IMG/VR virus record: IMGVR_UViG_3300042090_001530
Span: 96,001 to 160,000 of that record
Length of the DNA: 64,000 bases
Source: a virus
Taxonomy: Duplodnaviria; Caudoviricetes
Strand: one strand, 5' to 3'
This document shows, piece by piece, positions 1 through 8,864 of the stretch. Under the pieces are notes generated by a model. That model had not been told where the DNA came from. It saw nothing but the letters and a program-made list of their open reading frames with translations, and did no database searches. Position numbers and translations under genes: made by a program. Every line of letters begins with the position of its first letter. The first letter of the stretch is position 1.

Positions 1-1
1 C

Positions 2-382
2 AAGCGCAACGGCACGCGGCAGGAGGAAGTCTCCGAGATCTCCCGCAGTCTGAAGCTCCTCGCGAAGGAACTCGGCGTGCCGATCGTCGCGATCGCCCAG
101 CTCAACCGTGGCCCGGAGCAGCGCACCGACAAGAAGCCGGTCATGTCCGACCTGCGCGAGTCCGGTTCGTTGGAGCAGGACGCCGATGTCGTCATCCTGA
201 TCCACCGCGAGGACGCGTACGAGAAGGAAGGCCCGCGTAGCGGCGAGGCCGACTTGATCGTTGCGAAGCATCGCAACGGGCCGACCGCGATCGTGACTGC
301 CGCGTTCCAAGGCCACTACAGCCGTTTCGTCGACATGGCCAAGCAGTGGTCACCCCACGACGCCGCTGGAGGCACCCGATGA
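2..382 (+). CDS. dnaB: replicative DNA helicase, C-terminal part (5' truncated by window)
   Basis: SEISRSLKLLAKELGVPIVAIAQLNRGPEQRTDKKPVMSDLRESGSLEQDAD...IVAKHRNGPT are canonical DnaB motifs. Confidence 0.96.
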   Translation, partial: KRNGTRQEEVSEISRSLKLLAKELGVPIVAIAQLNRGPEQRTDKKPVMSDLRESGSLEQDADVVILIHREDAYEKEGPRSGEADLIVAKHRNGPTAIVTAAFQGHYSRFVDMAKQWSPHDAAGGTR

Positions 383-508
383 CCCCCGCCGCAGACCTGC
401 GCCGCATCGCTGCCAGCGTCGCGGAACTCGACGAGTTCTACGGCGGGGAGCCGGCGTGAATGGTCTTGTGACCAGACCGAGCGCTCGCTCACCTCGCATA
501 CCACACCG

Positions 509-529
509 AAGTCCACAGCCTGTGGACGA
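509..529. promoter_or_regulatory. head-to-head pair of DnaA-box-like 9-mers spaced 3 bp
   Basis: AAGTCCACA-gcc-TGTGGACGA; 7/9 and 8/9 to TTGTCCACA; core GTCCACAG-c-CTGTGGAC is palindromic. Confidence 0.45.
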
Positions 530-557
530 CCGCCCGATAACCACCAAGGAGTAGCGA

Positions 558-1478
558 ATGCCTGATCAGACCGATACCACGCCCGACGCTGTCGAAGGAT
601 CACGGTTTTCGGGTGGCTGTGGTGGCGCCGGATTCGGTGCCGGCGGACTTTGGCGGGGGTGCCGAGTGAGCGCCTCCGTATGGGCCGAGCCGCGCAGCGG
701 CCCGCTGGGCCCCGTTGGCGCCCTCGGTGACTGCGGGGGAGCGGGAAGCGCCCTGAAGCCCGTGGCGCCCCTCGTGGTGCCCGCCGCGGCCACGCCCGGG
801 TCCGACTCGCCGGAAGCCCCGTGGGCCGCCCTGGCGCCCGCGGCCGCCTTGTCCGGCCCCGGAGGCCACGGGCCCGCTACGGACGCCCAGGCGCCGCCCC
901 GTGGCCCCCGCACGGCGTCTTCCCGCCCCGTCGACCGGCCCGCGACTCGCCCCCTGCGTCCCGCCGACGCCGCCCCGAACCTGACCCAGCGTGAGTGCGC
1001 CGTCCTGGACCTCGTGTCGTACGGCCTGGTCAACGCCGAGATCGGCGGGGAACTGTCGCTGTCGGAGGAACTGGTGCGGCGCGTGCTCGCCGACGTGCTC
1101 TCGAAGTTCGGGGTGGCGAGCCGCGCGGCCCTGGTCGGCGCCGGTTTCCGGCATGGGCCGCTGCGCCCGCGCGCGGCGTCGCCTGGCGCGGTGGGGCGTG
1201 CGGCGGGGTTGAGCCCGAGCCTGGCGGTGCTGGCCCCGTTGGTCGCGGAGGGTTTGACGGACGGGCAGATCGCGGCGCGGCTCTCCTCGGAGCCGGGTGT
1301 GCGGGTGACTGCGCGTGCGGCCCATTCGCGGATGCAGATCCTGCGGACGCGCCTGGGTGCGAGGTCCCGGGAGCATCTGGTCCGGCTGGCCGTGGAGTCC
1401 GGGCTGCTGGTGGTTTCGCCGGACGGTGCGCGGCTGGTGCTGGCCGCGGCGGCGCCAGGCTTCGGCGGTGCGCGATGA
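558..1478 (+). CDS. double LuxR-type HTH protein with Pro/Ala-rich N-terminus
   Basis: AAGGAG RBS; LTQRECAVLDLVSYGLVNAEIG... and LVAEGLTDGQIAARL...RLGARSREHLV. Confidence 0.85.
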   Translation: MPDQTDTTPDAVEGSRFSGGCGGAGFGAGGLWRGCRVSASVWAEPRSGPLGPVGALGDCGGAGSALKPVAPLVVPAAATPGSDSPEAPWAALAPAAALSGPGGHGPATDAQAPPRGPRTASSRPVDRPATRPLRPADAAPNLTQRECAVLDLVSYGLVNAEIGGELSLSEELVRRVLADVLSKFGVASRAALVGAGFRHGPLRPRAASPGAVGRAAGLSPSLAVLAPLVAEGLTDGQIAARLSSEPGVRVTARAAHSRMQILRTRLGARSREHLVRLAVESGLLVVSPDGARLVLAAAAPGFGGAR

Positions 1479-2005
1479 CCACGGTCACGGTCACCGCTCG
1501 GCCCCGCAGGTCCGATCCGGGGTTCGCGGCCTTGGCGGTCAAGCCTCCGAGCGCCCGCGAGTCGCAGGTTCTGCGACTGATGTCGTACGGCCTGGGGAAT
1601 CGGCAGATTGCACGGACGCTGCGCGTTTCGGACCACACGGTCAAGACGTTTGTGTCGCGGATGCTGGCGAAGTTCGAGGCCGCCAACCGTGCCGCGTTGA
1701 TCGCGAACGGTTTCGCGCGGGGTGTGCTGGCGCCGCGCCCGCTGCACCCGGGCGTGATCGCGCCGCCGATCGACGGGCACCTCGCGGTCGTGCTGCTGCG
1801 GATCGCCCAAGGCAAGACGAACCGTGAGATCGCGGCCGAGCTCGGGATCGAGGAGCACCGGGCCGTGCGGGGTCTGCTCGGGTTCCTCGGGGTCACCGGG
1901 CGCGACGGCGCGGTGCGCATCGGGGTCGAGGCCGGGTACCTCGCGCCGTCGCCGGACGGGTCGCGCCTCGTGCTTGCACCCCCGGTAGCCGGGGGTGCGC
2001 TGTGA
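1475..2005 (+). CDS. double LuxR-type HTH protein
   Basis: SARESQVLRLMSYGLGNRQIARTLRVSDHTVKTFVSRMLAKF; second repeat IAQGKTNREIAAELG; ATGA overlap. Confidence 0.9.
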   Translation: MTTVTVTARPRRSDPGFAALAVKPPSARESQVLRLMSYGLGNRQIARTLRVSDHTVKTFVSRMLAKFEAANRAALIANGFARGVLAPRPLHPGVIAPPIDGHLAVVLLRIAQGKTNREIAAELGIEEHRAVRGLLGFLGVTGRDGAVRIGVEAGYLAPSPDGSRLVLAPPVAGGAL

Positions 2006-2499
2006 CGGGCGCCTTGGAGGGCACCGCCGTACCCGCGGATGCGGATTCGCGCCTCGCGCGCCTGGCCGGCCGGCCGCTGACGGCCCGCGAGGTGCAGGTG
2101 CTGGATCGGGTGTCGCGCGGCTGGCCGCCGGCCCGGATCGCCCGGGAGTTGCGGATTTCGCCGTTCACCGTGGAGAGGCATGTGGAGCGGTTGCGCGCGA
2201 AGCTGGGTGTGTCGAATCGTGCCGGGCTGGTGGGTGAGGGTTTCCGCCTGGGGTTGCTGTCGCCGCAGCCGACGCGGCCGTTGGATCCGGCTTTGGCGGA
2301 GACCCTGCCGTTGATCGCTGCAGGTTTGAGTGACGGGGAGATAGCGGTCCTGGTTTTCCGTTCGTTGCACACGGTGCGTTCGAGGGTGCACCGTCTACTG
2401 CTTCTCTTGGGTGCTTCGAGCCGTCATGAGGCTGTTCGCGTGGCGGTTGAGGCCGGGTATCTGCGGCTTTCCCCGAATCGCGAGTGGGTGGTGTTGTGA
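2002..2499 (+). CDS. double LuxR-type HTH protein
   Basis: LTAREVQVLDRVSRGWPPARIARELRISPFTVERHVERLRAKLG; second repeat IAAGLSDGEIA...SLHTVRSRV. Confidence 0.9.
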   Translation: MTGALEGTAVPADADSRLARLAGRPLTAREVQVLDRVSRGWPPARIARELRISPFTVERHVERLRAKLGVSNRAGLVGEGFRLGLLSPQPTRPLDPALAETLPLIAAGLSDGEIAVLVFRSLHTVRSRVHRLLLLLGASSRHEAVRVAVEAGYLRLSPNREWVVL

Positions 2500-2894
2500 C
2501 CGCGCCGCTCGAGCTGCGTGCGCCCGCCGACCGGCTGACTCTCGCGGGGCGCCTGCGTCGCCTTGCCGGGCACGCGCAGGCGGTGGCGGACGCGGGCGGC
2601 GCGGCGGAGTCCGGGTTCGCGGCGGCCGTGTTGGGCCAGCTCACTCCGGCCGTGGAGGACGCGGAGGTTCAGGCGCTCGATGTCGAGATGTTGCGCGCTC
2701 AGGCCGCTGACCGTGAGCGTGCGCGCGGCGGTCTGCAGGCGGTACGGCACGATCTCCGATTCCTGCTCGATCTGGTCGACGGCTTGGATTCGGAGACGGT
2801 CCGGAAACCGTGGCTGGTTGAGCGTTTGGCGGCCACGATCGGGCGCCTCGATGAATCTATGAATACGAAAGGAAAGAAGGCGACTGATGAATGA
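2496..2894 (+). CDS. hypothetical protein
   Basis: GTGA-coupled ORF in + strand operon. Confidence 0.6.
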   Translation: MTAPLELRAPADRLTLAGRLRRLAGHAQAVADAGGAAESGFAAAVLGQLTPAVEDAEVQALDVEMLRAQAADRERARGGLQAVRHDLRFLLDLVDGLDSETVRKPWLVERLAATIGRLDESMNTKGKKATDE

Positions 2895-3144
2895 TCCGAT
2901 TCGCGACCGGGCCGGGCGTGTGCTCGGGGGCCGGGCCCTGGCGGCCCGCGCCCGGCTGCTCGAGACGCTGTTCTACCTGTATTTCGAGGAGCTCGAGGAC
3001 GCGCTGGTCGTATTGGCGTCTCGCACTGCTGATGCGGGCGGCGAGTTCTCGGAGCATATGCAGGCGATTCTCGATCTGCTCACGATCGAGGGTTGGAAAC
3101 TTCCCGAGTTCCCTACTGAAACCGAGGAGGCTGTTGATGCCTGA
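2887..3144 (+). CDS. hypothetical protein
   Basis: RBS GAAAGGAA, 8-nt overlaps on both sides. Confidence 0.6.
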   Translation: MNDPIRDRAGRVLGGRALAARARLLETLFYLYFEELEDALVVLASRTADAGGEFSEHMQAILDLLTIEGWKLPEFPTETEEAVDA

Positions 3145-3844
3145 CGAGGCGACCACGGCCCGGCCTGCGCGCCGGGTGACGTTGGTGCAGACCGGCTACC
3201 TGACGGCGCGCACCGGCGGCTGGTACGACTTCCACGCCCGGGCGGACGGCGGCGAGACGTGGTCGGTCCCGGAGTTCGCGGTGGACGAGGCGTCGGTGTG
3301 CGACGCCCCGCCGGAGACGTTGACGGCGGACGACTGGTCGGAGATCTGCGGGACACTCGCCGCATGCTTGGGGAAGGAGCGGATGCGGGCGCTGGTCGCC
3401 AGGTTCGAGACGGCGGTCGAGGAGGAGCAGCGTCCCGTGGCCACTGAGGCGACGGCCACGGCGCCGCCGGACCGCGAGCGCGACAACGTGTTCGCGCATC
3501 TGCTCGGCGAGTTGGAGAACGCGAAAGCGCGGCTGAGCATTGCCCGCGACGTCCTGGTCAAGGACGGCTATTTCACGGCCGACGAGGTGGGCGACGACAT
3601 CGCGCCGCGCTTGGGCGAGTGGCTTTCGCACCATCGCGCCCGCACGGAGTCCGCCGAGGCTCTCGTCGCACGGGTGCGTGAGGTCGCCGGCTCGTGGGAC
3701 GCCTACCGGTATGTCGCGATGGAGCGCGGGCTCGATGCGGACCCGGCGCACGCGGTCCGCAAGGCGGCGTTCCGGGAGGCGCGTGACGCGCTGACCGTGG
3801 TGCTGGGCGGCGCGACGACCGGCGGCACGGCGGTCGAACGGTGA
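3137..3844 (+). CDS. hypothetical protein
   Basis: GAGGAGG RBS, ATGCCTGA overlap, high GC3. Confidence 0.65.
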   Translation: MPDEATTARPARRVTLVQTGYLTARTGGWYDFHARADGGETWSVPEFAVDEASVCDAPPETLTADDWSEICGTLAACLGKERMRALVARFETAVEEEQRPVATEATATAPPDRERDNVFAHLLGELENAKARLSIARDVLVKDGYFTADEVGDDIAPRLGEWLSHHRARTESAEALVARVREVAGSWDAYRYVAMERGLDADPAHAVRKAAFREARDALTVVLGGATTGGTAVER

Positions 3845-4227
3845 TGCCACGTGCCCTTCCGCTGTTCCTCGACACTGCGGCCGTGGGCCTGACCGTCGAG
3901 TATGCCGCCCGTTTCCATCGGCACGCCGCGGCCGTGAACCTCGCGCTGGCGTCGCTCGTGCTTGTCGTCTTCGTCGCCGCGATCCTCGCGCACTACGCCG
4001 AGCGGTGCGTACGCAACTTCGAGGCCTCGCACCCGGACGTGACCGGCGGGCTGCGCGCAGAGCCGCCGGAGCTTGACGGCGACGAACTCTGGTGCCGGAT
4101 CCTCGAGCGCTCCGCGACTGTCCCGGACATGCCGCGCGACGAGTTGATCCCGTGGCTCGTCGAGCACTCCGACACTCGGGTCGCCTTTCCCCACGACTTC
4201 GACCCAAGGACCCCGGCAGATGAATGA
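3841..4227 (+). CDS. hypothetical membrane protein
   Basis: coupled ORF with hydrophobic LASLVLVVFVAAILA segment. Confidence 0.55.
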   Translation: MMPRALPLFLDTAAVGLTVEYAARFHRHAAAVNLALASLVLVVFVAAILAHYAERCVRNFEASHPDVTGGLRAEPPELDGDELWCRILERSATVPDMPRDELIPWLVEHSDTRVAFPHDFDPRTPADE

Positions 4228-4555
4228 CGACCTGCGCGCCCGGATTCTCGAGGCGCTCGTTACAGCACCTTGCGCGGAAGGCCGCGACATTCCGGGAGAC
4301 GCCGCACGGTACGCGTCCAAGCCGCATCTGCGGCACGACCGGCACCACTTCCATGCGTTCTGCGCGCTGTGCAGCGGCGAGGCCGACACGCTCGCCGACG
4401 CGGTCATGGCCGTGCTCGACCAGTACGCGCGCCTGGTTCCGACATGTTCCGAATGCGGCGGCCGACCGAAGCGCGGCCTGGTCCAGTCCGAGGACGACCA
4501 GACGTGGCAGTGCGAAGGCTGCTATCGCGACCTCGCCGACGGTGGCGCCCGATGA
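4220..4555 (+). CDS. hypothetical Cys/His-rich protein
   Basis: CxxC pairs (CALC, CSEC, CEGC); coupled. Confidence 0.6.
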   Translation: MNDDLRARILEALVTAPCAEGRDIPGDAARYASKPHLRHDRHHFHAFCALCSGEADTLADAVMAVLDQYARLVPTCSECGGRPKRGLVQSEDDQTWQCEGCYRDLADGGAR

Positions 4556-4794
4556 CCATCGCCCACCTGTACGGCCTGTCCGGCACCTGCCTGCTCGGCA
4601 CCATCACCGTTCCCGGCGGCTGGCTGTGCGGTATCGACCGATGCCACGACTGCACGGACTGCCTCCACTGCCAGGCCGGCGACGAGTGTCCCGCAGGCGA
4701 CCATCGCAGGGTCGTGCACGGCTTCCAGCTCGAGCAGTTCCTCGCTGACCACAGCGGGGCCGCAGTCCTACTTCGAGCCGGGGCGGCCCAGTGA
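4552..4794 (+). CDS. hypothetical Cys-rich protein
   Basis: CGIDRCHDCTDCLHC; ATGA overlap. Confidence 0.55.
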   Translation: MTIAHLYGLSGTCLLGTITVPGGWLCGIDRCHDCTDCLHCQAGDECPAGDHRRVVHGFQLEQFLADHSGAAVLLRAGAAQ

Positions 4795-4865
4795 CCGCGA
4801 AACGCTTCAGCCACCTGATGCCGCGCGGGTGCTCCGTCCTTCAGGGCGGGGGTGAAGCGCGACGC

Positions 4866-5282
4866 TTAAACGGGCCTGTTCTGCTGCTCGATGTACTGGC
4901 GCAGCACACTGATCGGCGCACCGCCGACGGACCCGGCGAAGTACGAGCCGGACCACAGCCGCTGCGCCCGCCAGTAGTGCCGAACGAGGTCGGGAAACTC
5001 CTGGCGCATCCGCCGCGAGGAGACGCCCTTGAGCGAGTTCACGAGTTTGGAGATCGCGACCTTCGGCGGGAAGTCGACCAGCAGGTGGACGTGGTTGTCC
5101 TCGCCGTTGAACTCGACCAGTTCGCACTCGAAGTCGGCGCACACGTCCCGCATGATCTCCTCCATGCGCCGCAGGTGCCGGTCCTGGAACACGGAATGCC
5201 GATACTTGGTCACGAAAACCAAGTGTGCGTGCAGCGCGAAAACACAGTGCCTGCCAGTGCGGATCTCGTCATACGAAGCCAT
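4866..5282 (-). CDS. tnpA: IS200/IS605 Y1 HUH transposase
   Basis: HLVFVTKYR, HVHLLV (HUH), SLKGVSSR, LRQYIEQQ (catalytic Tyr). Confidence 0.96.
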   Translation of the reverse strand: MASYDEIRTGRHCVFALHAHLVFVTKYRHSVFQDRHLRRMEEIMRDVCADFECELVEFNGEDNHVHLLVDFPPKVAISKLVNSLKGVSSRRMRQEFPDLVRHYWRAQRLWSGSYFAGSVGGAPISVLRQYIEQQNRPV

Positions 5283-5303
5283 GAAACCAAGTATGATGGA
5301 AGA

Positions 5304-6536
5304 GTGCAGCTTCGGTACAACTTCCGCCTCGACCCGACACCCGGTCAGCGCATCGCGCTCGCCAAGGCATTCGGGTGCGCGCGGGTCGTATGGAACGACG
5401 CGCTCGCGCTGCGCAGGACCGCGCACGAGGCCGGGCAGCCCTGGCCGAAGACCGGCGATCTGTCCAAGACGCTGATCACCGAAGCGAAGCGCACCCCGGA
5501 GCGCGCATGGCTCGCAGACGCGCCGACCGGGGTTCTTCAGCAGTCGCTGCGCGACTTGGATGCGGCGTACCGGAGCTTCTTCGACTCGCTGTCCGGCAAG
5601 CGCAAGGGCCCGAAGGTCCGCGAGCCTAGGTTCAAGTCCCGCAAGGACAGTCGGCAGGCCGTCAGGTACACGGTCTCGGACCGGTTCGCGGTGCGGCCGA
5701 ATGGACGCCTGCGCCTGCCGAAGGTCGGCGAGGTGGCGGTGCGCTGGTCGCGCGAGTTGCCGTCCGTCCCTTCGTCCGTGACGATCATCAGGGATCCGTC
5801 GGGTCGCTACTTCGCGAGTTTCGTCATTGTCACCGACGAGGCTGTGGATTTGGGGCGCTTCCCGGCCGGTGACGACTACGCCGAGACCGGCATCGATCTC
5901 GGCCTGACGCACTTCGCGGTTCTGTCGGACGGCAAGAAGGTCGATGCGCCGAGGTTCCTGCGGCGGGCGGAGAAGAAGCTCAAGAAGCTGCAGCAGTCCC
6001 TCGCGCGCAAGGAGAAGGGCTCGAACAACCGCAGGAAGGCCGCCCTCAAGGTCGCCAAGCAGCATGCTCACGTCGCGGATGCGCGCCGGGATTTCCACCA
6101 CAAGTTGTCGACGACGTTGATCCGCGAGAACCAAGCGGTGTACGTCGAAGATCTGTGCGTGGCCGGTCTCGGACGCACCCGGTTGGCGAAGTCGGTGCAC
6201 GACGCGGGCTGGTCGTCGTTCGTCGGGATGCTGGAGTACAAGGCCGCGCGATACGGGCGGCACTTCGGGAAAATCGGCCGGTTCGAGCCGTCGTCGCAGA
6301 CGTGCACCGCATGCTGGGCGATCGACGGCAAGAAGCCGCTCTCGGTCCGCGAGTGGACGTGCTCCGGCTGCGGTGCCGTGCACGACAGGGACGTGAACGC
6401 GGCAAAGTACATACTGGCCGCGGGACGCGCGGACAGGGTAAACGCCTGCGGAGACCAGGTAAGACCGGGACTAGTCCCGGCACAGGTCGACGAAGCAGGA
6501 ACCCGCCGAAGCGAGCTCGCCGGGGCGACCCGGTGA
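5304..6536 (+). CDS. tnpB: RNA-guided endonuclease TnpB
   Basis: FGCARVVWN, RuvC GIDLG / VEDL / DRDVNAA all intact, zinc finger CTAC..CSGC; TATGAT -10 at 5292 suggests leaderless start. Confidence 0.95.
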   Translation: MQLRYNFRLDPTPGQRIALAKAFGCARVVWNDALALRRTAHEAGQPWPKTGDLSKTLITEAKRTPERAWLADAPTGVLQQSLRDLDAAYRSFFDSLSGKRKGPKVREPRFKSRKDSRQAVRYTVSDRFAVRPNGRLRLPKVGEVAVRWSRELPSVPSSVTIIRDPSGRYFASFVIVTDEAVDLGRFPAGDDYAETGIDLGLTHFAVLSDGKKVDAPRFLRRAEKKLKKLQQSLARKEKGSNNRRKAALKVAKQHAHVADARRDFHHKLSTTLIRENQAVYVEDLCVAGLGRTRLAKSVHDAGWSSFVGMLEYKAARYGRHFGKIGRFEPSSQTCTACWAIDGKKPLSVREWTCSGCGAVHDRDVNAAKYILAAGRADRVNACGDQVRPGLVPAQVDEAGTRRSELAGATR

Positions 6537-7236
6537 GCCGCAGCAGGAATCTCCCGCCTTCAGGCAGGAGAGGACGTCAAAAGCCTGCGGCCCCCGAGGC
6601 GCCGTGCCCGAACCAGGCCGCGCACACCGGCGATCCCCTCGGCTACGGCGGCGTGGTCCGCATGTCCCGAACCCACGAGCAGCACCAGTGCCCCGGCTGC
6701 GGGATCTGGGTGATCTGGACGCCCCTGCCGGCCGGGTCGCTCGTTGCCTGTTGGCATTGCAGTGAACGCAACGTCGACCCGGCCGTGCTCGGCGAGGACG
6801 ACGGCATCCCCGACGAGCCGCTGTGCGCGGGATGCCGCGCTGCCGTAGCCGCGAAGATTGAGGCCGACCGACGCGCGGCTACCGAGAGACGGCAGCGTTC
6901 CTCGGAGGCGGCGGGCCGCCGCAACTCGAAACCCGCGCCCGATCCCGGACTCGAGCTCGCGCGCGAAGTGGAACGCGCCCTCGTCGCGGCCGACCTCGTC
7001 CCCTCATTCCCGTACTGGACTGACGGGCGCGAGCAGCGCACCCCCGGCTGGATCATCTACATCCTCGACGGCGAGACGGTGCGCGTGCGCTGGCATGCGG
7101 AGCACAACCGTGCCTACCGGATGCGGAAACTCGGCATGTCGGCTGGCGTGCTCGAAGCCGCGGGTCTGCTCGTGGCGCGCCTCGACGACGAAGACGAGAG
7201 CCCGGCGCGGCTCGTCGTCAGCCGGAGGCGGACGCG

Positions 7237-7623
7237 ATGAGCCGACTGACACCCGAAGATCGCCCCGCCGACACGCCGCCCGCACTCGGCGCCCTGCCGC
7301 GACTCGCCAAAGCCCAACGCGAGGCTCGGGGCCTGTCGCTCCGACCCGCAGCCGAGGAGATCGGCATGTCGGCTAACTCGCTTAGCCGGTTCGAACGCGG
7401 CGAACTGCCCGACGTCACCGCGCTACTCGCGATCCTCCGCTGGCTCGGGTTCCCGCTCGAATGGCTCGACGACGATCCGGGCTACGTCCCGGTCGGCGAG
7501 CGTTGGGCCTATTGGCGGGCGTGGCACGACTGTGCCGAAGCCCACCGCGCGGCCGTGAACCGGCTCGCCCCGGCCGTGCCGACCCGGGCCAACGCCGAGC
7601 AGCCGCGGGAGGTCATCTCGTGA
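7237..7623 (+). CDS. XRE-family HTH protein
   Basis: REARGLSLRPAAEEIGMSANSLSRFERG. Confidence 0.85.
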   Translation: MSRLTPEDRPADTPPALGALPRLAKAQREARGLSLRPAAEEIGMSANSLSRFERGELPDVTALLAILRWLGFPLEWLDDDPGYVPVGERWAYWRAWHDCAEAHRAAVNRLAPAVPTRANAEQPREVIS

Positions 7624-7748
7624 GCCGCCGCCGCGCCTCGCTCGGCCTGCGCTGCCTGCAAGGCATCGCCGCGCCCGCCGCGCTGGTCGCTGTCGCGTTC
7701 GCGGTCGACGGCGGGTGGCATTTGCTTGAGTGGCTGGTGGCGCGGTGA
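7620..7748 (+). CDS. small membrane protein
   Basis: GTGA-coupled 42-codon ORF with hydrophobic stretch. Confidence 0.4.
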   Translation: MSRRRASLGLRCLQGIAAPAALVAVAFAVDGGWHLLEWLVAR

Positions 7749-7750
7749 GG

Positions 7751-8101
7751 CTAAGCCCGTCTGCTGGCCATGTACCCGCGCCACCCATTCGTGTGGCCGA
7801 CGGCAATCAGCGGGAGGTCCTTCCGGATCTTGATGACGCCATCCTCACCCGTGACCTGGATGTTGTAGAGCGGGCTTTCGTCGCGTATCGCAACTGCTTC
7901 GGCGCCCAGCGCCAGCGCGCGGTTGTCGAACCATTCCTCAGTGGTGCGAGACACCTCCGCCCACCACTTCTTGAACTGCTGGTGGAACTTCATTCGTTCG
8001 GCCGGGTTCCTGGCGACGCCGACGTAGAGGAGTGCACCCTTGGAGTTGTAGAGGCGGTAGACGGCGGTCCGGGCCGCGTGTGTTGCAGCGGTGGTTGCCA
8101 C
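7751..8101 (-). CDS. GIY-YIG nuclease family protein
   Basis: AVYRLYNSKGALLYVGVARNPAERMKFH...WW. Confidence 0.85.
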   Translation of the reverse strand: MATTAATHAARTAVYRLYNSKGALLYVGVARNPAERMKFHQQFKKWWAEVSRTTEEWFDNRALALGAEAVAIRDESPLYNIQVTGEDGVIKIRKDLPLIAVGHTNGWRGYMASRRA

Positions 8102-8104
8102 AGG

Positions 8105-8335
8105 TCAGTCCTCGATCCCGCGTCGCTTCTTTTCCGCCGCGATGAGCTTGGCCACCCATTCGCGGGTAAAGCCCGTGACCCGCGCGATTTCGGACGGCCC
8201 CGAGCCTTGCTCGTCGGCGTCGAAGATCAGCGAGTTGAGGTCGCCGCGCGCCCTCTCGTACTCGGCCTTCTTGCGCTTGAAGAATGCGGCGCTGGTCTTC
8301 ATGCGTGCTGCGAGGTCATCTTCCACGTTCGTCAT
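8105..8335 (-). CDS. small HTH DNA-binding protein
   Basis: GGGAGG RBS; GPSEIARVTGFTREWVAKL. Confidence 0.8.
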   Translation of the reverse strand: MTNVEDDLAARMKTSAAFFKRKKAEYERARGDLNSLIFDADEQGSGPSEIARVTGFTREWVAKLIAAEKKRRGIED

Positions 8336-8380
8336 GATCGCACCTCCCGTTCGCGTCTGCTAGTAGCGACTAGCCTGTGC

Positions 8381-8430
8381 GAACAGCATATGCGAATAGT
8401 ATTGACAGGAACAGGGGTCGCGAATAGTGT
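8381..8430 (+). promoter_or_regulatory. sigma70-type promoter with two overlapping bipartite direct repeats
   Basis: TTGACA(8402)-17 nt-TAGTGT(8425); GAACAG-N5-GCGAATAGT at 8381-8400 and 8409-8428. Confidence 0.8.
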
Positions 8431-8470
8431 TCTCAGTGCAGGCAGTACCGCTGAGACCGAGGAGCCGAAG

Positions 8471-8860
8471 ATGACCATCCACACCCCCGCCACCGCCGCC
8501 TACACCCCGACCAGCCGGCGCGCCAACCGGGCCCGGATCGGCTCCTCCAAGTCCGTGAGCCGCCGCCACGCCGTGCTGACCGCGTACGTCAACCGGCACA
8601 ACGTGGGCATCGTCACCGCGGGCCAGTACCTCAAGGCCATCACAGGCGACGACGAGTTCGCCGCCGCGTACGACTCCCCGTTCGGCAAGGCGATCAAGAA
8701 GGCGTACAAGGCGCTCCACGGCGAGGACCCCGCGAAGATCCGCCTGGTCACCGAGCACCGCCGCCTGCACCGCGCGATCGGCTACCTCCTCGGTGAGCCC
8801 GCGCTTCAGATCGCAATCCGCACCTACCCCCGCACCGCCGCCCTGATCGGAGCCTCCTGA
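8471..8860 (+). CDS. hypothetical protein, first gene after strong promoter
   Basis: GAGGAG RBS, very high GC3. Confidence 0.7.
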   Translation: MTIHTPATAAYTPTSRRANRARIGSSKSVSRRHAVLTAYVNRHNVGIVTAGQYLKAITGDDEFAAAYDSPFGKAIKKAYKALHGEDPAKIRLVTEHRRLHRAIGYLLGEPALQIAIRTYPRTAALIGAS

Positions 8861-8864
8861 GACC

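Larger units (their letters stand above)
4815..6580 (+). mobile_element. IS200/IS605-family element, divergent tnpA/tnpB
   Basis: target CCAC at 4811-4814; LE hairpin CTCCGTCC-TTCA-GGGCGGGG with guide GGTG; RE guide GAAT, hairpin CTCCCGCC-TTCA-GGCAGGAG, end TCAA at 6577-6580. Confidence 0.95.
4791..7240 (+). pseudogene. phage gene interrupted by IS200/IS605 element (pieces 4791-4814 and 6581-7240)
   Basis: removing 4815-6580 joins MTAKRFSH to KPAAPEAPCPNQAAH...CPGCGIW in frame. Confidence 0.8.

Noticed and set aside
4866-6383. 505-aa - strand ORF from the track
   Set aside because: Only the last 138 aa are TnpA; the rest is antisense to tnpB
8378-8430. LexA/SOS box
   Set aside because: Does not fit CGAAC-N4-GTTCG; the symmetry is direct repeat, not dyad
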